A DNA stretch of 61,233 nt, filler included. It is 9 parts of 9 records of this genome, joined end to end, with 100 filler letters (N's around TTAATTAATTAA, not from the genome) between each part and the next. Parts side by side here need not be neighbours in the genome. Positions count along the whole stretch, not along the records: positions 42,384 to 48,009 come from SRR31147125_48218; positions 48,110 to 54,163 come from SRR31147125_48275; 7 more parts are not named here. The stretch is one strand, 5' to 3'. Under the pieces are notes generated by a model that was not told the origin of the DNA, searched no databases, and was given only the letters and a program-made list of their open reading frames with translations. Position numbers and translations under genes: made by a program. Positions 42,530 through 53,180 of the stretch are shown here, piece by piece (the first letter of the stretch is position 1; every line of letters begins with the position of its first letter).

Positions 42530-42555
42530 CAAAAAAATTTCACATTAATATGCTA

Positions 42556-42580
42556 TAAAACCCCAGTAAATAGTGGGGTT
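42556..42580 (-). terminator. Intrinsic terminator after the CapA-family genes
   Basis: Minus strand aacccca-ctatttac-tggggtttta. Confidence 0.6.
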
Positions 42581-42608
42581 ATTGATTATATCAATATCTT
42601 GTATAATT

Positions 42609-43925
42609 CTATTTATCAGGCACATAACGTAGTGGTTCAGCTACATTGTATCCCAACCTTAAAGTTGCTATATGCCATGCATTTTTCAATGGTGTCTTTA
42701 TTTTTCTTACATTAATATTTTCAAATTGTTCTGGAAAGTCCAATACTTGTCCAGCAGGCAAAACAGTATAGCTTTTACTATCGGTTTCATTGCTGTATTC
42801 TACATAACATAAAGTAGGCAAATAGCTAATTGAATCAATGGTAATCCTACCGTCTGAATTATCCCTTACAATCTTCACCAATCCAATAGCACCAGTTTGC
42901 TTTTCAGGGTCAGACATTTGATTAGATATAAAATTCCCCAGTGAATAAAACACTACACCTTCTCTTGTCTCACCATTTTCTAATGTCACCTCTAGCCTAT
43001 CCACAGGCTGTAATACATGAGGGTGATGCGCAAATACAATATCTGCACCTAATTCCACATATTGTCTCGCCAGATTCCTTATTCCGCTATTTGGAGCACC
43101 TACCCCCTCACTACCCCAGTGAGGACACACAATAATCACTTCCGCCCCCGCATCTTTACAGTTAGCGATTTGCATACCTATTTCATCTAAATTGCTCGTA
43201 CTTAAATACATATATGAATTTTCTTCTTCAGTCAACAGCCTGTCCTGACTGTTCACAGAGCAAGTAGCAGATATTATGCCAACCTTTATCCCTTTTACAT
43301 CTATAACCAGTGGTGTATCTTTGCTTTCTTTAGATGTCCACACGCCTGTATAATCAATGCCAGCTTCTTCAAGTGCAGCAACTGTGGATTTAAGACCAGC
43401 CTGCCCCTTATCCAGCATATGGTTGTTTCCGTTAACAAGCACATCAAACCCTGCTTCTTTTAAATCACGTATTATTTCTTTTGGTGTAGCAAAGAAAGGA
43501 TAGCCAGTTACTAAGGAATTATCTGTAGCGATAGAAGTTTCTAAATTACCAATCATTAAGTCGGCATATTCTAAAGAAGGCTTTATATATTCAAACCAAT
43601 GATCAAATGAGTATGATTCATCTCCGTTACGTGTAAATTCGTAGTCCATCTCTGCAGCATTTTGTGCATCCTCAAGCATTGTCTTATGGCACATAATATC
43701 TCCAACAGAACCCAAAATGATTTGAGTATAAGGCTCTATTGTTGCAGTTGGTTCTACAGTTGCAGTTGGTGATAAGGTATATGTAGCGGTTATTTCAGGG
43801 ACAGCTGTACATTTGTTTACTACTTTAGTAGGTTTATCAATACTATTTGTATTACATGAAGATAATAAAAAGCATATAAACAAAATAGAAATTATTACAT
43901 AATTTTTTTTCTTTACTTTTATCAT
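42609..43925 (-). CDS. CapA/PGA_cap-family metallophosphoesterase-fold lipoprotein
   Basis: Lipobox LSSC, PT-rich linker, VGDIM, GNLET, GNNHMLD, PHWG.E, HHPHVLQ, YSLGNFIS. Confidence 0.9.
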   Translation of the reverse strand: MIKVKKKNYVIISILFICFLLSSCNTNSIDKPTKVVNKCTAVPEITATYTLSPTATVEPTATIEPYTQIILGSVGDIMCHKTMLEDAQNAAEMDYEFTRNGDESYSFDHWFEYIKPSLEYADLMIGNLETSIATDNSLVTGYPFFATPKEIIRDLKEAGFDVLVNGNNHMLDKGQAGLKSTVAALEEAGIDYTGVWTSKESKDTPLVIDVKGIKVGIISATCSVNSQDRLLTEEENSYMYLSTSNLDEIGMQIANCKDAGAEVIIVCPHWGSEGVGAPNSGIRNLARQYVELGADIVFAHHPHVLQPVDRLEVTLENGETREGVVFYSLGNFISNQMSDPEKQTGAIGLVKIVRDNSDGRITIDSISYLPTLCYVEYSNETDSKSYTVLPAGQVLDFPEQFENINVRKIKTPLKNAWHIATLRLGYNVAEPLRYVPDK

Positions 43926-43935
43926 TATTTTTTCT

Positions 43936-45301
43936 TTAGCTTCCTAGGTCTTCTTCAGCGATATCTTCATCTTCTCTTACTGGAATTGTACTAAGCGGTG
44001 TAGCATACTCTGTTCCTACTTGGCTTAACGCTAAATTCCAAGCTCTGTTTAAAGATGTAAAATTAGATTCTGATAAAGGTAATTCGTCATATGGAGCAGA
44101 ACTAAAGTCTATGCCATTGCCAGCTGGCATTATGGCATATATTCGGGGATTCAAATCAGCACGGCGAAGCATCCAAATTGGCAAATATTCTAGACTTTCA
44201 ATTTTAACTTCACCTGAGTAATTATCTTTTTGAATATTTACATATAGTATAATGCCTGTTTCTCTCGCTTCTCTAGCAAAATCTTTATATAATGTTACTT
44301 GGTTACTCATAAAGTTACCTATTGACCAAAAGCATACGCCCTCTTTTACTGTGCCATCATCTAGTGTTACTTGAATTAATTCAGAACCTTGCAGTACATG
44401 CGGATGATGTGCAATTACAACATCAGCTCCCAATTCTATATAAGCTCTACCATATTCACGGATACCCTCTCTTGTATATTGCTGATATTCATCACCCATA
44501 TGTGGAGAGACTATAACGATTTCTGCACCATATTCCCTACATAAATCAATTTGTTCTTTAACTTGATCCTTATCTATAAAACAAGTCATATATTCTAATA
44601 TATCTTCAGAAATATATGCTTCTCTGCCGTTTAGCGAATACGTAGCTGAAACTATTCCAACTTTTATTCCCTGTATATCTACAACTGTAGGTATGGCTTT
44701 TTCTTCTAAGCTTCTCCATGCACCTGTGTGCATCAACTCAACAGAATCAAGCATATCTAATGTACGATACAAACCTTCTGGATTTTTATCAGAAGCGTGG
44801 TTGTTGGCGTTAAGAACCATATCTATTCCAGAATTCTTTATAGCTGAAGCAATTTCATCGGGAAAATTAAAAGTAAGCGTATTAGTTTTTGAGTACCCTG
44901 CATCCTTTCCAGCGATAGGAGATTCAAGATTTGCAATCATTAAGTCAGGATATTCTAAAGCAGGTTGAATATATCTAAAGATGTGGTCATATGTATATGA
45001 TTTTTTTCCATTATCCCAGCGAATGCCGTTTTCTATAACTCTTTCATGCGCTATTATATCCCCTGCGAAACCAACTACTATATTTGTATATTGAGGAATA
45101 GGCTCAGGCGTATCTGTTGGTTCTGCCGTGGGTTCGTTAGTAGGGCTAGCAGTCGGTGTAATGTATTCTGTAGCAGTTGGAGAAGGAGTATCAGCTTTCA
45201 GATACTTGAACACATTACCATTATTTAGTATAGCTGTAGCTGCTACTGCAATTATTAATACACAGAATAAGCATATAGATATTATTATTAATTTTTTTCA
45301 T
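43936..45301 (-). CDS. CapA/PGA_cap-family protein, paralog of the previous gene. The true start is probably 45301, with an A7 run shifting the signal peptide out of frame
   Basis: AGDII, ANLES, ANNHASD, PHMG.E, HHPHVLQ, WSIGNF. Removing one A gives MKKLIIISICLFCVLIIAVAATAILNNGNVFKYLK. Confidence 0.88.
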
Positions 45302-45551
45302 GTTTCACCCGTTATAAATATTAAGATTGTTTATATATAAGTATAGTATATTTTAGTTTATGTACTAACTAAAATATTATTAATAAATTTAATTAGTATT
45401 ATATTTTATATCACATTGCTAAGTTTTAACAATAATATAATTATACATAAGTAAATATATATATCAACTAAAGATTGAGGATATCACAATTTATAAATAA
45501 AAATAAATTTCATATGGCACTAAAAATTGTATTTATGATATACTTGTTATT

Positions 45552-47909
45552 ATGAAATTACCAGATAAGAAAATATATTATTTATCTGTCCATCAGTTTG
45601 TAGGTATTATATCAGTTGGAGGAGACTTGATTACTGGTGCTGTGTCCACAAAGCGAATGCAGCAGGGCATACAAACGCATATAAAACGGCAAGAGAAACA
45701 AGGAAAACTTTCTGAATTACCGTTAGAATATCTAATAAAAGGTACTAATTTTAAATTGCATATAAAGGGCAAAGCCGATATTCTGGATACCAATGGTGAG
45801 ATTGACACAATTGAGGAGATTAAAACTATTTTTAAAAAGCTGAATAAAAATAGTAGGGTTAAAGAAGAACACTTAGCACAGTGTAAATGCTATTGTGCAA
45901 TGTATTTAATAAAAAACAATTTAGAGCAAATCGGTGCACGTATAGCTTATGTAGAATATGAAACTTCCACCACACGCCTTTTTGAATATATTTATACTAA
46001 AGACGAAATACTAGATTGGTTTAATGAAAAGATTAATTACATTATAGATATATTTGAAAGTCGTCAGGAGCATATAAACAAAAGAGATTTATCAGCACGA
46101 GAGATTAAATTCCCTTTTAGAGAGTATCGTGAAGGGCAAAAAGAGATGGCGACGTATGTATATAAAGGGTGCAAAGACAATACTATTCAGTTTTTGCAGG
46201 CACCTACTGGTGTAGGCAAAACTATGGGTACAATTTATCCAGTCATTAAAGCATTTGCTCATGAAGGATATGAGAAAATGTTTTATGTTACGGCTAAAAA
46301 CACCATAAAAAAAGTTGCGAAAGAAGCTATAGATACTCTAAGAGAAAAAGGATTAGTAATAAATAGCCTTACACTAACTGCGAAAGAAACATCTTGTCCT
46401 CAAAAAGTTTTCAATTGCCATCCAAAAGTGTGCTCTAGAGCAAAAGGGTATTATGATAGGCTTGGACTTGCAATGGATGCATTTAAAGAAAATAAACATT
46501 ATGATATAGGTGAAGTGAAAAAAATTGCAGACAGATTCAGCATTTGCCCTTTTGAGCTGTCTTTGGATATAGCTTTAGAATGTGATGTAATAATCTGTGA
46601 TTATAATAATGTGTATGATCCGAGAGCAAGGCTGAAAAGATTTTTTGAAGATGGCGGAGATTATACTGTTTTAGTAGACGAAGCACATAACCTAGTAAGC
46701 AGAGCAAGAGATATGTATTCTGGTCAGATAGATAAAACTATTTTTGTTAATGCTGCTAAAAAGATGTCCCACATAAGATCCAAAAAAGGACGTGAGCTTT
46801 TAAATAACATTAATAAAATAATAGATTATTTTAACTATCAGATAAAGGAAATGAAATATAATGATATCTCATATGAGATATTGGAAAATCCTTTAGATAA
46901 ATTAATAAAATTATTAGAAAGTTTTTCTTTACTATCAGAAGCTATATTAGATACAACTACAGTAAGAAATTATACAAAAGACTTGTTGGAGGCATTTTAT
47001 CAGACAAAGGGATATTTATTTACAGTAAGTAAAGCAGATGAGACTTATATTCACTATATATTTATTGAAGGAGATAATATATTAGTAAAGATGTTTTGCA
47101 TAGATCCATCAATTAGATTGCAGGAATGCCATAATAAATCCCGATCGACAACAATGTTTTCAGCTAGTCTGACACCATTTGATTATTATGCAAGATTGCT
47201 GCAAAAAGATAGTGACTATAATACTCATGAACTAATGTCGCCTTTTGATAAAGACAATTTAAAGATTATGATAAATGCTAATTTGCCAGTGGAATATAAA
47301 TTTAGAGATAGATATATGGTTAATTTAGTAGAATGTATTTATACATTTGTTAAAGAAAAAAGAGGGAAATATCTTATTTTCTTTCCTTCATATGGCTACA
47401 TGCAAAAGGCACATAATCTTTTTATTTCTTTGTATGATGATGTATTTGCTCCAAAACAGGAAAAGTCCATGGATAATAAAGCTAGAGAAGGGTTTATATC
47501 TTTATTTGATGAAGATGCTCATATGGCAGCATTTGCCGTAATGGGAGGAGTGTTTTCTGAAGGGATTGACTTAAAAGGGGATAAATTAATTGGAGCAGTA
47601 GTTATTGGTACAGGATTTCCTATGATAGGATTAGAAAACAATTTTATAAAAGAGTATCATAATGCTAAAGATGAATCAGGGCTAGGATATGCCTATATAT
47701 ATCCTGGATTTAATAAAGTATTACAGTCAGTAGGAAGAGTTATCCGCTCTGAAGAAGACAAAGGAGCAGTTTTGCTTATAGACAGAAGATTTGCAAGGCA
47801 AGAGTATCAGGATTTAATGCCCTATTGGTGGAAGCCTATTGAATATGTTGATGATATAAGTGATATAAAAATCAGTATTAATAAGTTTTGGAACAATAAA
47901 TTAATTTAG
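45552..47909 (+). CDS. PD-(D/E)XK nuclease fused to a Rad3/XPD/DinG-family Fe-S helicase
   Basis: GKADIL..IEEIKT..HLAQ..CY; APTGVGKT; C-x6-C-x4-C...CPFE; DEAH; FFPSY; SEGID; QSVGRVIR; DRRF. Confidence 0.9.
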   Translation: MKLPDKKIYYLSVHQFVGIISVGGDLITGAVSTKRMQQGIQTHIKRQEKQGKLSELPLEYLIKGTNFKLHIKGKADILDTNGEIDTIEEIKTIFKKLNKNSRVKEEHLAQCKCYCAMYLIKNNLEQIGARIAYVEYETSTTRLFEYIYTKDEILDWFNEKINYIIDIFESRQEHINKRDLSAREIKFPFREYREGQKEMATYVYKGCKDNTIQFLQAPTGVGKTMGTIYPVIKAFAHEGYEKMFYVTAKNTIKKVAKEAIDTLREKGLVINSLTLTAKETSCPQKVFNCHPKVCSRAKGYYDRLGLAMDAFKENKHYDIGEVKKIADRFSICPFELSLDIALECDVIICDYNNVYDPRARLKRFFEDGGDYTVLVDEAHNLVSRARDMYSGQIDKTIFVNAAKKMSHIRSKKGRELLNNINKIIDYFNYQIKEMKYNDISYEILENPLDKLIKLLESFSLLSEAILDTTTVRNYTKDLLEAFYQTKGYLFTVSKADETYIHYIFIEGDNILVKMFCIDPSIRLQECHNKSRSTTMFSASLTPFDYYARLLQKDSDYNTHELMSPFDKDNLKIMINANLPVEYKFRDRYMVNLVECIYTFVKEKRGKYLIFFPSYGYMQKAHNLFISLYDDVFAPKQEKSMDNKAREGFISLFDEDAHMAAFAVMGGVFSEGIDLKGDKLIGAVVIGTGFPMIGLENNFIKEYHNAKDESGLGYAYIYPGFNKVLQSVGRVIRSEEDKGAVLLIDRRFARQEYQDLMPYWWKPIEYVDDISDIKISINKFWNNKLI

Positions 47910-48144
47910 CAGACATTTGATAAAAGTATTTAAGCACCATTTTTCTAATTTGCTATTATTGATTATAATAATTAGGATATTTTATTAAATGGGGTTGTTG
48001 AATAATATTNNNNNNNNNNNNNNNNNNNNNNNNNNNNNNNNNNNNNNNNNNNNTTAATTAATTAANNNNNNNNNNNNNNNNNNNNNNNNNNNNNNNNNNN
48101 NNNNNNNNNTTTTTTTCAAAAATTAATAGCAGGAGGTTTGTCGA

Positions 48145-49929
48145 ATGGGACTTTTAATAAATCTGAGCCTACGGAATTTATTTAGGCAAAAGAGAAGAAA
48201 TATGTTATTAGGGATAGCAATAGCCCTTGGGGTAACGATATTAGTTACAGCTAATTCCTTCTCAAAAGGGATATCAGATGTTATGTTTAATAAGATAGTA
48301 ACATATGTTGCTGGACATATAGCTATAGATTTTCACGAAAAAGGTGGAACACAAGCACAGATTTTCCGTGATAAAGAGCGAATAAATAAATTAGTGCGAA
48401 ATGTAATTCCAAGTGAGGATTTAGAGAGTTATGAGGAGAGCTTAGGAGTATTTACTAGAGCAATTGGGAACGGTAGATCAGATAATATAGTAATTGTAGG
48501 AATAGATTTTGATGCTGAGATGAATCTATCAGAAGAAAGAGAAAAGGAGTTCCAAGAACAGTTTACAGTAATTGAAGGTTCTTGGGATGATATGAAAAGA
48601 ACTGACATAGCTAATCCAGGAATAATCTCGTCTCAAAGAGCTGAGAAACTTAATGTAAAAGTTGGGGATAATGTCAGATCTAGATTTCAAAATATATTTG
48701 GTCAGTGGCAAGCTGCAACGATAACAATTGTAGGTGTGGTAAAAAACTCAAATATATTTATGGATATGGTTATGTTTGTCAGTCGTGATAATCTAAAAGA
48801 TTTAATGGCGTATAGAGAATACGAAACAGGGGTTATTCAAATTAATCTAAAAGATCCGACGAAAGCAAAGATGTATGCGGATAAGATTCATGCTGTGCTC
48901 CAACCAGGTTTAGCAATAGAATATGGTAAGTTAACTACTGTTGAATCATTAAAAGAAGCTGAAAGAATTACCGTTCTTGGTTTTAAGAGCCAAGACGAGA
49001 GTATAGACTATATTAAGAGTAATATGAATTTAGTATCAGGTGAGTTAGATGAGGTTACTAAAAAAGGCGGAGTTGCAATTTCTGAAACTATAGCAATTGA
49101 AACAGGCTTAAAAGTTGATGATGAGTTTAGATATACTTATACGAACAAATTTGAAGATAAAACTACCACTGTAAAATACAAAGTAAATGGAATTTTTAAC
49201 TCTGATGGTTTGACAGGTGATAGAGTTATATTAATGAATGAGCAGAGATTATACGATACATTCTTTAATGATCTGCCTGAAGGTGTAGAAAATTACAAAG
49301 ACGTGTATATTCCAAATAAAGATGATAAACTATATGAGCATCTAGCAACTGAGTGGACACTACTTGATAGAAGTCAGTCAACAAATGATTTAGAGAGAAA
49401 AATGAAAGATATAGCTAAGAAAAAATATAAAGGGCTTACTGTTGATGTAAACTCTATGTATGAGATGGCAAGTGATATACTCAAACTAGAATCAGCATTA
49501 AACTTAATTACACTATTTGCTGTAGTTATCTTGTTCTTTATAATTCTAATAGGTGTAATTAATACACTAAGAATGACTATCAAAGAGAGAACACGTGAAA
49601 TAGGAACTTCTAGAGCAATTGGAATGAAAAAGAGGGAGGTAAGAAATATGTTTATTTTGGAAACATTCTTTCTTACTCTATTTTCATCAATAGTTGGAGT
49701 AATATTAGCATTCCTACTTATGTTTTTACTTGGAAAAATTACTTTTGAAGCTGATGGGAATCCTCTAGGAATGCTGTTAGTTAACAAGAGTTTACATTTC
49801 TTACCAACATTTAACGGGATTGCATCAAATGTATTTGTTATTCATATAATTGCTGTTGTAACGGCATTTTTCCCGGCAAGAAAAGCAGCGAATATGTCAC
49901 CAGCAGACGCACTTAGACATTACGAATAG
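48145..49929 (+). CDS. FtsX/LolE-like ABC permease with an enlarged, apparently duplicated periplasmic region
   Basis: RNLFRQKRR, ERTREIGT.RAIG, PARKAA.M.P.DALR; two copies of 'IEG/VSG...IIS...AE.L/GLKVGD/VDD'. Confidence 0.88.
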   Translation: MGLLINLSLRNLFRQKRRNMLLGIAIALGVTILVTANSFSKGISDVMFNKIVTYVAGHIAIDFHEKGGTQAQIFRDKERINKLVRNVIPSEDLESYEESLGVFTRAIGNGRSDNIVIVGIDFDAEMNLSEEREKEFQEQFTVIEGSWDDMKRTDIANPGIISSQRAEKLNVKVGDNVRSRFQNIFGQWQAATITIVGVVKNSNIFMDMVMFVSRDNLKDLMAYREYETGVIQINLKDPTKAKMYADKIHAVLQPGLAIEYGKLTTVESLKEAERITVLGFKSQDESIDYIKSNMNLVSGELDEVTKKGGVAISETIAIETGLKVDDEFRYTYTNKFEDKTTTVKYKVNGIFNSDGLTGDRVILMNEQRLYDTFFNDLPEGVENYKDVYIPNKDDKLYEHLATEWTLLDRSQSTNDLERKMKDIAKKKYKGLTVDVNSMYEMASDILKLESALNLITLFAVVILFFIILIGVINTLRMTIKERTREIGTSRAIGMKKREVRNMFILETFFLTLFSSIVGVILAFLLMFLLGKITFEADGNPLGMLLVNKSLHFLPTFNGIASNVFVIHIIAVVTAFFPARKAANMSPADALRHYE

Positions 49930-49995
49930 TATATAGCACTAGAGTAGGAATATTTCATGAATTATCCCTACAAAAAATATTTGGAGGTATTTAGT

Positions 49996-50763
49996 ATGAA
50001 GATAAGGCAACTCCTTATAGGAGGTTTATTTGTAATATTTGGAATGGTTGCATTGGCTGTTCCTTCAATAGATGAGGTGTTAACAGAGTTTGATAGAATG
50101 CAAGAGATGACATCTGACCTTAGAGCAAAAGTTGTAATGACTCAGAAAAGAGTGAATCAAGGCGTAAAGCAAACGGAAATGATTTACTACAGAAGGGATA
50201 GCGATGATGCATTTATCATAGTTATGTTATCACCAGAAAATGAAAAGGGAAATGGTTATCTTAGAATGGGGGATAACTTCTGGATGTATAGACGAAACAC
50301 TAGAACATTCCAACATGTTAATAGAGATGAGAGTATAGCAGGAACTAATGCTAAAAGTGATGACTTTGAGATGAAAAAAGCGTCAGAACTATATGAGGGA
50401 ATAAAGGATGCAAATGGTAATGATAAAATTACTGAAACTATGTTGGGAAAAATACCAGTTTATAGGTTAGAGGTAAATGCAAAAGAGAAAGATGTAGACT
50501 ATCCGAAGAAAGTTTTCTATGTAAGAAGAGATAACTATCTGTCATTAAAGGAGCAATCTTATACAGCTAGCGGGACTCTTATGGAGACAGCTTACTATAC
50601 AAAATATACCATTGTAGATGGAAGATATGTAACTATCAAAATGTTGTTTGTAGATGAGTTTGAAAAAGGAAATAAAACTCTTGTTCAAATATCCGGAATA
50701 TCTACAGAGAAGCTTGATGACTCTTTATTTACAAAAGCATATTTAGAGAATTTGAGTAAGTAA
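49996..50763 (+). CDS. LolA-like outer-membrane lipoprotein-sorting family protein
   Basis: P.NEKGNGYL...NFWMY, SIAGT, DDF; signal peptide; GGAGG Shine-Dalgarno. Confidence 0.8.
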   Translation: MKIRQLLIGGLFVIFGMVALAVPSIDEVLTEFDRMQEMTSDLRAKVVMTQKRVNQGVKQTEMIYYRRDSDDAFIIVMLSPENEKGNGYLRMGDNFWMYRRNTRTFQHVNRDESIAGTNAKSDDFEMKKASELYEGIKDANGNDKITETMLGKIPVYRLEVNAKEKDVDYPKKVFYVRRDNYLSLKEQSYTASGTLMETAYYTKYTIVDGRYVTIKMLFVDEFEKGNKTLVQISGISTEKLDDSLFTKAYLENLSK

Positions 50764-50818
50764 GCGAATCCAGGGTGTATATTTTAATAATATTTGCTTT
50801 AATTATAGGAGAGTTAAA

Positions 50819-51256
50819 ATGAAAAAAACAATCTTACTGTTTTCAATTTTATTAAGTATAGCTGCATTTGCAAATAACAATAAAGGTGATATTAAATTAA
50901 ATATCAAAAATATAAGAAATAATAAAGGAAAAGTTCTTATCTCATTATGTAACGATAAAAAACAGTTTAAGGGAAAAGGTTTGGCAATTAAAAATCAAGC
51001 ATTAGATATAGATGGGGATAAAGTAGAAGCTGTTTTCAAAGATATAGAGTATGGTGAATATGCAATAATTATACTTCATGATGAAAATAATAATCAAAAG
51101 CTGGATTTGAGATTTATTATTCCAAAAGAAGGATATGGAGCTTCAAATAATAAGGTTACCACAATGGGGCCTCCTAAATACGATAAGTCAGTGTTTACGC
51201 ATAATAAACAATTATTAGAGATGGATATAAATATGGTTTACATTGGCAAGAAATAA
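50819..51256 (+). CDS. DUF2141-family secreted protein
   Basis: GEYAIIILHDENNNQKLD..IPKEGYGASNN..GPPKY. Confidence 0.88.
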   Translation: MKKTILLFSILLSIAAFANNNKGDIKLNIKNIRNNKGKVLISLCNDKKQFKGKGLAIKNQALDIDGDKVEAVFKDIEYGEYAIIILHDENNNQKLDLRFIIPKEGYGASNNKVTTMGPPKYDKSVFTHNKQLLEMDINMVYIGKK

Positions 51257-51273
51257 GAAAGTAGGAGAGAAAA

Positions 51274-51624
51274 ATGAATATTTTAGAATTAATAAAATGG
51301 CAATGGGAAGGATATGAGAATAACCACAAAAATAAAGTTAACTTATTGATACATATAGTAGCTGTACCAGCTTTTATTATTTCAACTATTAGTTTATTGG
51401 TATCATTATTTACTTTTTCGCTGGTATCGATAATTTTATCAGTCTTAGTGATGGCTATATCGATGGGCTTACAGGGAAAGGGGCATTCACTTGAGGAAGA
51501 GAAGCCAGTTCCATTTACAAGTAAAATGAATGTATTAAACCGAATATTTCTTGAACAATGGTTTACTTTTCCAAGATATGTATTTAGTGGGAAGTGGGCA
51601 AAAAATTTGTTTAACGCAAAATAA
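51274..51624 (+). CDS. Mpo1/DUF962-like small membrane protein
   Basis: Y...H....NLLIH.V.VP and Q..GH..E histidine pattern. Confidence 0.75.
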   Translation: MNILELIKWQWEGYENNHKNKVNLLIHIVAVPAFIISTISLLVSLFTFSLVSIILSVLVMAISMGLQGKGHSLEEEKPVPFTSKMNVLNRIFLEQWFTFPRYVFSGKWAKNLFNAK

Positions 51625-51642
51625 GTACGAAGGAGTTAGCTT

Positions 51643-53115
51643 ATGAGATTAATTAATAATAAAATTTTTAGATACATACTTGCTCTTTTACTGGCATTTA
51701 ACCTGTCAGGAACTTTAGCGTATTCAGACGATGATATATTTGACGCTGATGACCCATTTGCATTTGATGAGAGTGCAATGTTTTCTGATATGGATGAAAC
51801 AATGGTGGATAGCAGCACAATAGTAAATAATGAAATCATCTCACTTGAAAACGAAGCTGATAAAATTAGTTTTTCAGGTGAATTACAATCAGTTTCAAAA
51901 TACTCAATAACTAGAGATTATATTACAGATGATGGAGATTTTGATGAAAATGAGTTTGATAACTATGTGATTGGTAATTTTCTATTAGATATTAGACTAA
52001 AAAATAATATTAAGGGTTTTGCTAATTTAGAAATTGATTACTACCCAAATGGAGTAACAGAGAGTTCTACAATTGATCTCGGAACAACTGAACTTACAGC
52101 AGAGACAGAGGTTAATACTAAATATGAATTAAAAGAGATATTTGTAGATGTAAATAAAGATAAGAAAGTTTATTATAGAATTGGTAAACAAGTACTACAA
52201 TGGGGAAGAGGTTATCTCTGGAATCCTACAGATTTGATTAATATTGATAAGAAAACATTTATAAGTGATTCAGCAGCAAGAGAGGGAGTATACGGATTAA
52301 AAGCTCATATACCTCAAGGTGCTGAGAAAAACTATTATGTGTTTATTGATACAACTGATGCTGAAAACGTAGATGAGTTTGGAACAGCTGTAAAGGCGGA
52401 ATTTTTAGTCAAAAATACTGAGATGGCATTTTCAGCTTGGTCAAAAAAAGATTATAATCCTGTTGTAGGATATGACGTCTCTACAAGAGTAAAAAGTGTA
52501 GATGTAATAGGTGAGATTAGTTTATCAGACGGAGCAAATCAAAAGAAACTAAAAGTTGAAAATGGAAGTTTAGTGGAATATGAAGAGGATGGAATAATTC
52601 CTAGAATAACAGTGGGCTTAACTAAAAGTTTTGATTACAAAGAGGAAAATGACAAGATTACAGTTATAGGTGAGTTTTTCTATAACCACTCTGGTTATGA
52701 TGATAATATATTTGATGATGATACAAAGTATGCAACAGACATAACAGTTGAGACTATACAAGAGAATAGCAGCACGGGAGCGCTTGAGATAGCTAGTTTA
52801 AGTCCATCACTAACAATGGGGCAGGCAATCATAGCTGGAGGCTATTATGAAGCTAATATGCTGTCTAAATACTATTCAGCGATATTTACTACAGTAAATG
52901 AATTTATGGATAAAGATGAGTTAACCTTGAATATAAACCTGATTAATAATTTAGTAGATGGTTCAGGGATATTTGCTACAGGTTTAGGATATTCGGATAT
53001 AAATGACCTATCTATGAATCTAAATTTCAACTCATATTTTGGACCTGAAGATGCAGAGTATACAACTGCAGGACTAGGTGCTGATATTGAGTTTGTAATA
53101 GGTATTAGTTTCTAA
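51643..53115 (+). CDS. Putative outer-membrane porin/beta-barrel
   Basis: Signal peptide, acidic N-terminus, RIGKQ..QWG.G..WNPTD.IN, C-terminal Phe (VIGISF). Confidence 0.65.
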   Translation: MRLINNKIFRYILALLLAFNLSGTLAYSDDDIFDADDPFAFDESAMFSDMDETMVDSSTIVNNEIISLENEADKISFSGELQSVSKYSITRDYITDDGDFDENEFDNYVIGNFLLDIRLKNNIKGFANLEIDYYPNGVTESSTIDLGTTELTAETEVNTKYELKEIFVDVNKDKKVYYRIGKQVLQWGRGYLWNPTDLINIDKKTFISDSAAREGVYGLKAHIPQGAEKNYYVFIDTTDAENVDEFGTAVKAEFLVKNTEMAFSAWSKKDYNPVVGYDVSTRVKSVDVIGEISLSDGANQKKLKVENGSLVEYEEDGIIPRITVGLTKSFDYKEENDKITVIGEFFYNHSGYDDNIFDDDTKYATDITVETIQENSSTGALEIASLSPSLTMGQAIIAGGYYEANMLSKYYSAIFTTVNEFMDKDELTLNINLINNLVDGSGIFATGLGYSDINDLSMNLNFNSYFGPEDAEYTTAGLGADIEFVIGISF

Positions 53116-53138
53116 TAGAATAAATTATATATAAAAAT

Positions 53139-53176
53139 AAACTGACTAAAAAGGCAAAATTTTTAGTCAGTTTTTT
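53139..53176. terminator. Bidirectional intrinsic terminator between convergent genes
   Basis: aaactgactaaaaa...tttttagtcagttt flanked by A and T tracts. Confidence 0.75.
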
Positions 53177-53180
53177 ATTT

